Origin: Hormiphora californensis
Taxonomy: Eukaryota; Animalia; Ctenophora
Assembly (NCBI GenBank): GCA_020137815.1
Contig: CM035362.1
Span: 3,162,001 to 3,226,000 of the forward strand
Direction: 5' to 3'
Length of the DNA: 64,000 nt
This document shows, piece after piece, positions 1-12,036 of the stretch (its first letter is position 1; every line of letters starts with the position of its first letter). The notes beneath the pieces are model-generated. The model was not told the DNA's origin. It ran no database searches and was given only the letters and a program-made list of their open reading frames with translations. Both the position numbers and the translations under genes were made by a program.

Positions 1-60
1 CTACTTTGTGTGCCTTAAACCACAGATTATTGTCCCTCACAAAACACCTTTCCACTTCAG

Positions 61-3000
61 GGAACGAAGGATAATTCTGTTATTAGTGGCGCTCGCTCTA
101 ACTGCTACTGTTGCAGAGGTAAATACATTTTAGCAGTGCTTTACCGGATTATCTACCATCTCTGATTCTTTTTTTCTATTATCTCTGATTCTTTATCTCC
201 CTTGAAGTTGATCTGTTCAGGGGAGACAAAGATCTTTGTTTCTATCTTTACTATCTAAATCTTTATCTCCCTGATCTCTTTATAGTACATCATCCTTTTC
301 CATCACTTCTCTCTCCTCAGATCTATATTTTTCTATCTCCCACCCTAGGCGAACAAGAAGAACAGGGGTAAGAAAGCCAAGGCTGCAACCCAGATCCTAG
401 GTGAAGCTGACCCTTATGGAGCTGACCCTTACTATGATCCTTACTATGGCGGATCATCCTCAGGTAATTAGGGGTAATTAGGAGTTAATAAGTAGGTAAT
501 TAGGAGTTAATTAGTAGGTAATTAGGAGTTAATTAGCTAGTAATTAGGAGCTGTAGTTAAGAGGTAATTAGGGGCTGTAATTAATAGGTAATTAGGAGCT
601 GTAGTTAAGAGGTAATTAGGAGCTGTAGTTAAGAGGTAATTAGGAGCTGTAATTAAGAGGTAATTAGGAGCTGTAATTAAGAGTTAATTAGCTAGTAATT
701 AGGAGTTAATAAGTAGGTAATTAGGAGTTAATTAATGTTGGTCGTCCGCGTCAATGTCAAATAGTTTTGACCCCACCCAAAATTGTTGTACAAAGAGTTT
801 GAGTAGTATCCCAAATTGTTATTGTTGAGCTAACAATGTATCTTTCAGGTCAGGCACCCTCTCAGGATCAGCTACTAGCTGAGTACTACGCCTCCTTCCC
901 CAAGGACCCCAAATGTGAGAACTGTGAACAGCGTCCTTACATTGTGAAGGGAGATGCTGGTGCCCCCGGAGAGGCTGGTTTCCCTGGCCCCATGGGACCT
1001 GATGTGAGTGTGTTCCCCTGACTAGGTTTTAGAAAAGAATAGAGTTAGGTGGGGTATCCTAGCAACCGAAGAATGCAAGTAACAGTTAGTAACATGTTTA
1101 TATCTGCAGGGAGAGCCCGGTTCACCCGGTCGAGCCGGGTCTCGAGGAGCACCCGGTTCCCAAGGCTCTGATGGTCTCCGTGGACCTTCTGGAGAGATTG
1201 GGTCCCCTGGACCTGCTGGAGAGAAAGGTAACGAATTCGTATACCACCTCAAATATCAATTTCATCCCACTCACGTAATGCTTCCTCTCGAATCGATTCG
1301 CCTCCCTCTTAAGTATAATAATTAAACCCTGATAATAGAACACTGATACTTTAACCGAAACTCAGCCCCCAAGCTAGAACCCTGATCCCAGCCCCGTTTC
1401 AAACCCCCACCCTGAATCAGCCCATTAGCTAGGCCCAGCTAATCCTAACCCCCTGTTCCTCACAAACCCCAACCTAAGCCCAGCCGGGCAGCCCCGGTTC
1501 AAGAACCAAAACTCAGCCCATTAGCCCAGCTGATCCTACCCCCCTGTGCAGGAAACCCTGGATCCCGTGGAAGGCCCGGTGTTCCCGGACGACACGGTAT
1601 CGATGGTAACCCTGGTCAAGCTGGTGTAGACGGTTGCAATGGTACCCGGGGAGAGTTTGGAAACCCCGGACGAAATGGTGCCCCCGGTAGTCCTGGTCCT
1701 TCCGTAAGTTAACCATTTAAAGGTACACCTCGGCGAAATTTTTGTCGAGTGCCCGCTTAGCTCTCCATATGGGGTTGTAGGGCATACCAAGGGGTAGTCC
1801 TGGTCCTTCGGTAAGTTAATTCCATTTAAAGGGGACTGGGGTAAAGCACACTCCCATAATTGTTGCACTAGTGCCAAAAACAGTGCCACTAACACCACCC
1901 AGTAATGGACACATGGAATATAACTGCTACAAATTTATATGTTGTGACACTCAGGGTTCCCCTCTTAACACTATCTCTAAGACTATCTCTAACACACATC
2001 TCTAAGGGGATGTCCGTGATTTTTGGTCATTTTTACCCGCCTCCCTCCCCCTTGTCCAGATATGTCCGAAATCGGCTACTTCTCCCTACCCCTACCCCTG
2101 GAAGTCCTTTTTGAATCGCCCCGAACACACATCTCCAGCTCCTCCCACACTCTAACACATCTTCTAATATTGTGATACTCTAGTTTCTAACAGCAAACCC
2201 TCTCTAACCCCTCCCACTCCACCAGGGTGACCCTGGTAACTCTGGACGTGCTGGTCTTCCTGGAACACCCGGAAACCGAGGATCCCCTGGTGAGCCCGGT
2301 CGAGACGGACAACCCGGAACTGACGCCTTCGGAGGAGCCCCTGGTGAGCCCGGACGGGATGGATTACCTGGTGCCAATGGGCTCCCAGGACTGCCCGGAC
2401 GAGGCGGAGAAAGGGGAGAACCCGGCGAGCCTGGACGAGCTGGTGGAGTCGGAACCCCCGGGTATAGGGGAGAACCTGGTACTGATGGCCGAGATGGTCA
2501 ACCTGGCCGGCCTGGTGGTATGGGAGAGATGGGATCTCTTGGTGCTGCTGGTGAGCCTGGCGAACCTGGACGAGATGGTATTCCCGGAAATCCCGGTGGT
2601 AGTGGCGAGCCTGGAGAGGGTGGACGAGATGGACGACCTGGCCGAGATGTAAGTTTCTAAATTGTAACCCTCTTTTTCCTTTTACTAATTCATCTGTTTC
2701 CAAGAATTTAGATCTAGATCCGTTTACAATCGCCTAATTACCACTGTCAAACTCTGCTCCTAATAGAAAAGAACACGATATCCTTTGATTAAATTGATTC
2801 CCACTTCTTCCCAATCTATAACAATAATTAATTAACAATAATTAACGATAATTAACAATAATTAACAATAATTAACGATAATTAACAATAATTAACGATA
2901 ATTAACAATAATTAACGATAATTAACCTTTTCACAGGGTCAACCCGGACGAAAAGGAGCGAGGGGTGCACCCGGACAGAGGGGACTGCCAGGAGCTACTG

Positions 3001-6000
3001 GAGAACCCGGTGTTGGAAAGAAGGGAACAAGGGGAGAACCCGGTCGAACACCCACCGGAACTCCACTAAGGGGACGACCCGGATATAGGGTAGGTTTAGG
3101 AACTTGAACTGAACCATGATAACAGTTTTCGTGGTAACCATGGTAACCATGGCAACAGTTACCACGGTCACCACGAAACCACTGTTATTAGTGTTAATGC
3201 TAAAATTGTTGTTCAAAGAAACAGATCTGTGTCACACAAAACAACACCTGCATCTCTCACAGGGAGACGATGGTATCCCGTGGTAACCATGGTAACAGTT
3301 ACCACGGTTACCACGACATAAAAAATTAAACAACACCTGCATCTCTCACAGGGAGACGATGGTACCCCGTGGTAACCATGGTAACAGTTACCACGGTTAC
3401 CACGACACACAAAATTAAACAACACCTGCATCTCTCACAGGGAGACGGTGGTATCCCGTGGTAACCATGGTGACAGTTACCACGGTTACCACTACATAAA
3501 AAATTAAACAACACCTGCATCCCTCACAGGGAGACGATGGTATCCCGTGGTAACCATGGTTACAGTTACCACGGTTACCACGACATAAAAAATTAAACAA
3601 CACCTGCATCCCTCACAGGGAGACGATGGTATCCCGTGGTAACCATGGTGACAGTTACCACGGTTACCACAACATAAAAAATTAAACAACACCTGCATCC
3701 CTCACAGGGAGACGATGGTATCCCGTGGTAACCATGGTAACAGTTACCACGGTTACCACGACACACAAAATTAAACAACATCTGCATCCCTCACAGGGAG
3801 ACGATGGTACCCCAGGAACTAACGGAGAACCCGGCCGAGGAGGAGAGAGGGGAGAACCCGGCACTGATGGAATTGCAGGACTTCCTGGACTGGCAGGACG
3901 ACCCGGAAACCCTGGAGAGCGAGGAAAATCAGGTGGTTTTGGACGACCCGGAGGTCGAGGAGAGGCCGGAACCCCAGGAGGCCGAGGAGAGCCCGGTGAT
4001 GCTGGAACCCCTGGACTTCCCGGACGAGGTGGAGAGAGAGGGTTACCTGGACGACCTGGTGAGACCGGATACGCCCTACCTGGATCTCGGGGAGCCCCTG
4101 GAGAAGATGGTGCCCCTGGTGCCCCTGGACTCCCTGGAGCCGGTGGAGCTCCTGGACTGCCTGGTGAGCGGGGAGGTGCCGGACGACCTGGGTTACCCGG
4201 TGAGCAGGGTGCTAATGGGCAGGATGGTGTCAGTACCAGTGGACTACCCGGCATGAGGGGAGATGATGGTGCTGATGGGGATAATGGTGCGAGGGGTGAC
4301 GCTGGTGCCCCTGGATCTCCCGGTATTGATGGTATGGCTGGGCTACCCGGTGACGTTGGTCTTCCTGGACTTAACGGCAGAATGGGAGAACCCGGAACAC
4401 CTGGTCTGGCGGGTGCACCCGGACAGGCTGGTGAGCCCGGTACACCCGGACGAGATGGTTTGAACGGTGCCGCTGGACAGAAGGGAACCAGTGGAACTAA
4501 CGGTATGGATGGACGACCTGGTATGCGGGGTCTTCCCGGTAACCCTGGGCGACGGGGTGAATCTGGTACTCCCGGAGCTATGGGAGAGGCTGGTGCTGCG
4601 GGAATGAGGGGTGCCGATGGGCGTCCCGGATTCCCCGGACGAAAGGGACAACCCGGAGAGAATGGAAGGAATGGAAACTCCAGGGCAGGACGACCCGGTG
4701 AGAGGGGAGATGACGGTACACCTGGAACCCGAGGTGAACCCGGTGCTGATGGTACCCCCGGAAAGGCTGGACGACCTGGTCTGGATGGGTCCCCTGGACT
4801 GAACGGAAGGAGGGGAGAGAGGGGAACCAATGGGCTACCCGGACGTGATGGAAACCCTGGAACACCCGGAGAATATAGTTATGTAAGTAAACAGCTCTCT
4901 TACTTTTATTCGTAATTTCACTCGTATTTCACTTTTAATTTCACTCGTAATTCCGCTCAATCTTATAAAAAGTCCCCCACTTCTTCACTCAATGTGGTAT
5001 TTTCACCCACCAGGGCGAGCCCGGTAAAGATGGAGCCCCCGGACGTGATGGTAACGCTGGACGACCCGGATTTGGTGGAAGGCCCGGTGACCGAGGAGCC
5101 CGAGGAGCCCCTGGTGCTGATGGAAACCCCGGAACCCCTGGTAAATAACCTTCAATTAGTAATTTTATTAGTTAGCTAACTAATAAATTACTAACGTTAG
5201 TTGATTAATTAAATCACTGGTGGATAAGGGATTTAGGAGTAACTTCTTCTTGGGAGAGGGGAGGGTTGGTTACGAAGTTACCAAAGGTCGCCCGGCGAGT
5301 GTGAGGTGTCTTCGATACCAAGGGGGAGGGGGGAATTCCAACCAGCAATATATCAGGGATGGATCCCCAAGTTTAGTGTTTTCAGACTTTTAGCCTTGGA
5401 AGTTGGTTACGAAGTCAACCCTATTACGCTGTATGAGGGAAGGAAGAATAGCCAATGTTTGTATTGTTCATACTATATACCGTAATCTGGGGTAACTTTG
5501 TTTTGCAGGGTAACTTTGGACACTTTCAAAATTTGGCTTTAGTCCAAAATTACCAACAGATAACGACAGATTTGGCATAATTTTTGGGTGTACAAGTAAT
5601 TGACCCACAAATGTCTAACTAACGGTACAATTATTTTTTTCAATTCTATGCTAATTAGCTCCTAATTAGGGGCAAACATAATTGATGTCAAAATCGCTAA
5701 AAATGTTCAAATCAAAATGGGTACCATAGATTTGACCGGGCTAATGACCGAATCAAGTTTGCTCCATAGAGTGGAAGGGTTTCGATCAAATAATTCGGGG
5801 CAACATTTTTCAAACCCGATCAATTACTTTAATTGCGACTAATAGGGGTGGCTAATGTTACCCCACCATTTTTTGAATTTTGGGGTAACTTTGGACGGGG
5901 TGCCAAAGTTACCCCACACTACAGGTTTTGAACTTTTGATGTCTGTAGAGTTGCTTGAGACCCTCTCTGAATTATTTAGGGCCATATAACCAAGATTCAG

Positions 6001-9000
6001 CCCACTCCACGCCCATTTCCATCCATATATTAATTTTGGACTATTCTATGGAGCTAAATCACAGAAATCCGGCCTGAAACCCATCAAACTTCAATAATTT
6101 GGGGTTCCTCATCCATCCTGTAGCTTGTTAGATGGTATTGGATCTCTAGGCGAGTGTTCTAGTTCTTGTAGACAATCTATGCAGGAGCACCTTTATTTAG
6201 CCAGTAGTCCAGTACCCATAAGTAGACCACTTCCTGTCTATCCAATTCAGCAAAAAGAACTAACACACTCGCCTAGAGGGCCAATACCATCTACCAAACT
6301 ACAGGATGGATGAGGGACCCCAAATTACTGAAGCTTGATGGGTTTCAGGCCGGATGTGGCAACCTCTAAATCAAGTCCGATTGAGCTGAAATTTTATTTG
6401 GTGGCTAGTTTCATCATTCCTCACACCCAAAAAAGTTGAGTCGAAATCAACAATTTTTTTAAAAATCATGGGGCGTTTGGCTAACCCTTTTGTTCTTTTT
6501 TAATTTATTGACCCATTTAAACCCCATTTAAACATTTTAGGTTCATTTATTTATCATTGCAAAATGTTCGGATTTATGTTTGTTCCAATATTACTATCGT
6601 GGGGTAACTTTGGACGGGTGTCCAAAGTTACCCCACCCTCATTCCAAAGTTACCCCATGCCCTAAAACCCCACTTACACTAAAATACACGTTAATTAATG
6701 TAATTAAATGAGAGGGGACCAAAAATTTCACTAGTTATATCTGGTGTACTAGGTCTGGAACGGGATTATTTGGTTCAAAAATTTTCGAGTGTGGTTCTGG
6801 CAAGGAGTTATTTTAGGAGAATGCTAAAAAGTGGTACAAAGTTACCCCAACTTACGGTACCCGCGGGGCGGGGGGGGGGGGGGGGGGGGGGCGCGGGGGA
6901 GGTGCAACAGCACAAGCCAATGTGACTCAAATATAATGTTTGTAACGGGCTATAATATTCCTCCACTAGGTGCCCCCGGTAAAGATGCATTTGACGGAAC
7001 ACCCGGAGAACTCGGAACACCCGGCCGAAACGGTCTACCCGGTCGAGATGGATCCCCCGGACGACCCGGTCTCCGTGGTAACCCTGGAACTCGGGGAACA
7101 CCCGGTAATGCTGGTGCCCCCGGATCCCCCGGAGCTGCTGGACTTGATGGTGAGCCTGGTATCAGCCGGGCAGGTAACCCCGGAGCTAGGGGTGATCCTG
7201 GTGAGCCTGGAAATCAGGGAGAACCTGGAGCTGATGGGGAGCCTGGACGAGATGGAAATCCTGGACGGGATGGGTATCCTGGACGAGGTGGAAGCCCTGT
7301 AAGTACCTAACAACTCCCTAACAACTCCTTAACAACTCCCTAACAACTCCCTAACAACTCCCTAACAACTCCCTAACAACTCCCTAACAACTCCCTAACA
7401 ACTCCCTAACAACTCCCTAACAACTCCTTAACAACTCCCTAACAACTCCCTAACAACTCCCCCCACCCAGGGTGACCGTGGAATGCCTGGTACTCCCGGT
7501 AAAAATGGAGCCCCCGGTGTCCCCGGAGAGAGGGGGACTCCTGATGTACGTGCCGGAGCCCCCGGAAGGCCTGGACAGAGCCGCACTGGATATCCTGGAC
7601 GACCTGGAAATAGGGTAAGGGTCAAAAGTTCCAATATTTATTTGAGGGATATAATTGGGAGATAAGAGGGAATTGGAAATAGAACTGATGGTTGCCATGA
7701 CGATCAACACATAAACCTCTTCTCATATTACAGGGTGATAATGGCGCCCCTGGTGCCGCTGGTGAGCCTGGTGCCCCTGGAGACAGGAAGGAGCTCGGTC
7801 CTGGACCCCCTGGACGAGATGGCATGCCCGGTCGACCTGGACCCCGGGGTGACCCCGGTATGGATGGACCTGCCGGACCCCCTGGATCTCCTGGTATGGA
7901 TGGTATCAGCAGGAATGGATTCGATGGACGACCTGGAACTCCCGGATACCGGGGCGATCCAGGAAGGAATGGAGCACCTGGTGCTCGAGGAGAGAGGGGA
8001 GATAATGGTGCCCCTGGTGGCCCTGCTGTTAGTATCAACAATGGCCTGCCCGGTCTACCCGGTCGAGATGGTAACCCTGGACGACCCGGTACCCGAGGTT
8101 ACCCTGGTAACCCTGGTCGCCCTGGCAACCGAGGTCTGCCTGGTGATGCTGGAGCTGATGGAACGGCAGGATTAGCTGGTCCTGATGGAACCCCCGGTTT
8201 GCCTGGTCGGGCTGGGTATCCTGGTCTACCTGGAGATGCGGCCTATGGAAACCCTGGAACTCCCGGAAACAGGGGTGAACCTGGTGACGCTGGTATTGAC
8301 GGAACACCCGGACTTGATGTAAGTCATAATGTTGTTTTGTATCTGTCACACTCACACACAAGAATTAGAAAAACTGTTGCAACTCCACACCTCGACTCTC
8401 TATCCCGAGTTTCTACCTCGCTTCTATCTACCCCTTCTCTAATACTCCTCATTTCAACATTTCTCCTTCCTCCAGGGAACCCCTGGAACCCCTGGCCGAC
8501 CCGGTAACCGTGGTTACCCTGGTGACGCGGGTGCTCCTGGAAAATCTACCCCTGGAACCCCCGGAAACGATGGTACTCCCGGAGCCGCTGGAGCTAAGGG
8601 CGCTATGGGTGCCCCCGGACGAGACGGGTATGCTGGACGACCTGGTACCCCCGGAATGAGGGGAACTAATGGTAGCCCCGGAGCTGCTGGAAAACCCGGT
8701 GCAAGGGGCGATCCTGGTCTTGATGGAATGGCGGGACGAGCCGTAAGTTTATTGTAGTTTTTAAAATTATGATTGGCATTGTAGTTGTATCCCTGGTCCA
8801 CAGTTACTGTGATGCAGGAACCGACCGGACCAAGTAAACAACCAATCAGAACTCGTTATTTAGGTCACGTGACTGGTTATCAGCCAATCAGGGACCAGTA
8901 TTTCCTGATTCGGTCGGTTCCTGCTGTGATGGTTACCATGGTTTAGAGAAACTGACTCCCGCTAATTTTAGGGATACCGAGGACCTCCAGGCAACCCTGG

Positions 9001-11764
9001 CTCCCCTGGAAAGGCTGGAACCCGAGGTGAACCCGGAACACCCGGAACTGATGGATACCCCGGTCGGGATGGAACACCCGGAACACCCGGATACCGTGGA
9101 GACCCCGGTAACCCTGGTAACCCTGGAACTCCCTCTTACAGGGATGGAAACACCGGACCTGCTGGACCCCCTGGACCCCCTGGACCTCCCAGTTATGCTC
9201 CTCCCGGACCTCCCGTAAGTGATCTCGAGACGAAATTATAGTTTACTAGATCTCAAACATTCCAAATTATTCAATATTCAATTAATGTGTCGTGATTACT
9301 GTGTATTACATATCCCAACTGGTGATTCCAAAACATGCTTATATGCCATGATACTGTGTTACCCCAAATTCCCTCAAACTCCCGAAATAACTACCAATCT
9401 CCCTCAAATAACCCCCGATACCCCCACACAGGGACCCTCCGGAAGGCCTGGATCTAAGGGACCCCCAGGAGATGCTGGTGCCCCTGGTAAGCCCGGTGAG
9501 GAGGGAGAGTGTGGTGCTGACGGACCTAACGGAATATGGATTGTAAGTTGTTTGTTACTGTTTGTTGTTGTTACTTTTCTAGTTTATAAAGGGATTGTAC
9601 AGGGAGGAGGACCCAGTAGTGGCTTGTTCTCTTAGTTAAAGTAACAAACTCTCTGCTTGTTCTCTTAGTTAAAGTAACAAACTCTCTCTCTCTCTGATCA
9701 CCACCACTTAATTACAGGGAGGAGGCCCCAGTAGTGGCCGAAAGGGGCCCGCCGGAGAAATGGGACCCCCAGGAGCTACCTTGGATACGACCTACGCCCA
9801 GGTCAATCAGTACACCATTCACTCCCAGACCATGTTCCCTCCCGACATTCCTACCGGCCGAAACATCCCAGGTGAGTGCCACACCCCACTTGCCGGTAAT
9901 ATATTACCATATATGGTGAGTCTGCACTCTTTAAGGTGGCATCGCGCTCAACCTTTCTCTTGAAAAACCTTCCAGATACAGTATGTGGTTGTTGTTATTA
10001 TATTGTCTGGTAGTTCCGCCCAGCTATAATTATATAGTACCCTATAGGCCCATTGCCACATTAATTCAGACAGGCCGGTAAGATAGGTTGCCTATTATAA
10101 ACAAGCTAAATCTCTGTCAGGCCAATAATTGACCCCAATATTTCTCCAGGATGGACCGACTTCTCCGAAGGTCGAGTGGACTTTGCTGCCAAGGTTATGG
10201 AGGGTTTCAGTAGCAGCTACTTCGGAACCTCTGATGGATCGGGTACTGGACAACCCCTCAGTTCCAGTGGATCTTGTATCAGACAGTTCAAGATTCAGCC
10301 TCATGTTGAGTGTACCAATGAAGTGTGCGAGGTATGTTAACGTAACAAACTCTCCCCGTTTGTTCTCTTAGTTAAAGTAACAAACTCTCTTTGTTCTCTT
10401 AGTTAAAGTAACAAACTCTCTTTGTTCTCTTAGTTAAAGTAACAAACTCTCTCCCAGGTCAATGGTGATGATTACAGTGTATGGATGAGCATTGCTCCTA
10501 ATGATACTTCAAAGACATTCGGAGAGTTCTACCCTCAGGAAGAGATTCTTTACGAGACTGGATTGGAGACCAGGGTACGAGTTAATCAGTTAGATTAATA
10601 CGTTTAATTAGACTAATTAGATTAATTAGTCTTACCTAACGATACTTTTTTCTGAAATGCAACCAAGTGCGTTCTTTTATAACCTTCTTCCCTCTAAGAT
10701 AAATAGGATCTTACTTCTCTAGATAATTACTGAAAGTTTATTAATTTTAACCCCGAATTAGTTAATCAATTAATGTATTTCGCAGGTAACTGATTACATT
10801 TCTCGGTGTATTGTTGTCGACTCAATCTACCCTTGGCTTGCCATTCACAGCTTCACCGATGAGGTCCCATCTTGCCCCCAGGGAAATAGCTACGGATACA
10901 GGTACATACTAGTAACTAATTAGTTAGTTAGTTAATTAGTGGAGTTAATTAGTGGCTACTGTTAATTAGCGGGGTTAATTAGTGGGTACTGTTAATTTGT
11001 GGGCTTAATTAGTTGGGGTTAATTAGCGATGTTAATTAGTAAATAAGTTACTAACTAACGACTACAACCCCCTCTCTCTCTCCCTGCAGGTTCGAATCCT
11101 ACAAATTGTGGGAGGGATACTCCCTAATCTCTGAGATGGCCGATCAAGGCAAGGCATCCAGTCAGGATCTCACACTGCCTGGATCTTGTATCAAGTAAGT
11201 GCAATCTGAAAATTAATTACCTAACTAATTAATTAATAAAATAATTAGTTAATTAATTGGCTAATTAATTAATTAGCTGATCATTTTCTACTGCAGTATA
11301 TAACCATAGCTTAACCGAAGACTGACACCGAAGACTTTCAAGTAACTACTAACCCCTTCCACTAACCGCTAACCCCGCTAACCCTTTTCCAGGAAATTCG
11401 TGCCTCTGTCAACTGCTCGATGTTCTAATTCGGGAGCCGCTGGCAAGCCCTACTGTAACTTTGCCCGATCTGGTGCAGTGAACCTCTATGTTAGGAACAG
11501 CAAGTGTACCAGTGAGGAGACAGAGGTAAATTTCAAATCCAGGATAGAAACTTTCCTTTGGAGTTTGAATAAAGCTTCATAACATGGATTAAAACTTAAA
11601 GTTCTAGTCAGCATTTTTAGTAAAAACTTTAGTGAAATTAGTAAAAATTGATTTAACACTTGGTGTAATTTCAGACGGTTGGACCTTATTCGTACGGAGA
11701 TCAGAGAGAGGACATGGATTATTACGTATCACGATGCGTCGTGTGTGTGATTAAGGGAAATTAA
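61..11764 (+). CDS. Type IV (basement-membrane) collagen alpha chain, about 1650 aa, 22 exons in window; first two bases of the first visible codon lie upstream
   Basis: Exons, all GT-AG and phase-consistent: 61-118, 349-463, 849-1003, 1110-1227, 1552-1703, 2226-2648, 2937-3089, 3797-4882, 5014-5140, 6970-7298, 7471-7614, 7734-8318, 8476-8742, 8972-9214, 9432-9542, 9718-9871, 10150-10331, 10458-10574, 10786-10901, 11090-11194, 11393-11525, 11675-11764 (TAA). Signal peptide [19 protein letters not shown], 7S-type motif DGCNGTRG, interrupted Gly-X-Y, and two C4/NC1 repeats (HSQT; [10 protein letters not shown]; YISRC; AIHS..VPSCP; LWEGYS; QDLTLPGSC; YVSRCVVC). Confidence 0.93.
464..735. repeat. 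Intronic minisatellite, about 23-bp unit (GGTAATTAGGAGCTGTAATTAAGA-like)
   Basis: Tandem units starting at the exon-2 donor. Confidence 0.85.
2820..2926. repeat. Intronic 10-bp tandem repeat (ATTAACRATA)
   Basis: Directly visible. Confidence 0.9.
3232..3810. repeat. 89-bp tandem repeat, about 6.5 copies, each containing the collagen splice acceptor and the exon start
   Basis: TCACAG|GGAGACG recurs with the AG ending at 3262, 3351, 3440, 3529, 3618, 3707 and 3796. Confidence 0.95.
5480..6857. mobile_element. Non-autonomous Tc1/mariner(pogo)-like DNA transposon in a collagen intron
   Basis: TIR CCGTAATCTGGGGTAACTTTG / CAAAGTTACCCCAACTTACGG, TA on both sides, internal GGGGTAACTTTG repeats in both orientations, no transposase ORF. 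Confidence 0.75.
7307..7460. repeat. Intronic 11-bp tandem repeat (CTAACAACTCC)
   Basis: About 14 copies fill the intron. Confidence 0.95.
8815..8923. mobile_element. 109-bp hAT-like MITE
   Basis: TIR CAGGAACCGACCG / CGGTCGGTTCCTG, 8-bp TSD CTGTGATG. Confidence 0.85.
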
Positions 11765-12036
11765 ACGTTATAATTAAATATTCCCCTTGACATATTTATT
11801 GTTAGATGTTTGAGCTTCCCCCGTTGTTTTTTGAGTGAAATTTATTCTTTATTTGTGATTTGACTTTGGATAGTGTAATTATATTTGTTGGGTTCTTTTG
11901 TTATGACGTTAAGAACTTTATATTATTTTCGCAAAATTAGACAATTTAAATTTGCTTAAAAACGCTCATAATAATAATAACAGAATATATTAGCTACAAA
12001 CAACCCAAAAACAAACAACAACAGCATCATGTAAAG

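Noticed and set aside
3682-8801. Long antisense and alternative-frame ORFs over the collagen
   Set aside because: Expected shadows of Gly-Pro-rich codons
3085-9110. Multiple RGD motifs in the collagen
   Set aside because: Expected from an Arg- and Asp-rich Gly-X-Y sequence; not evidence of integrin binding
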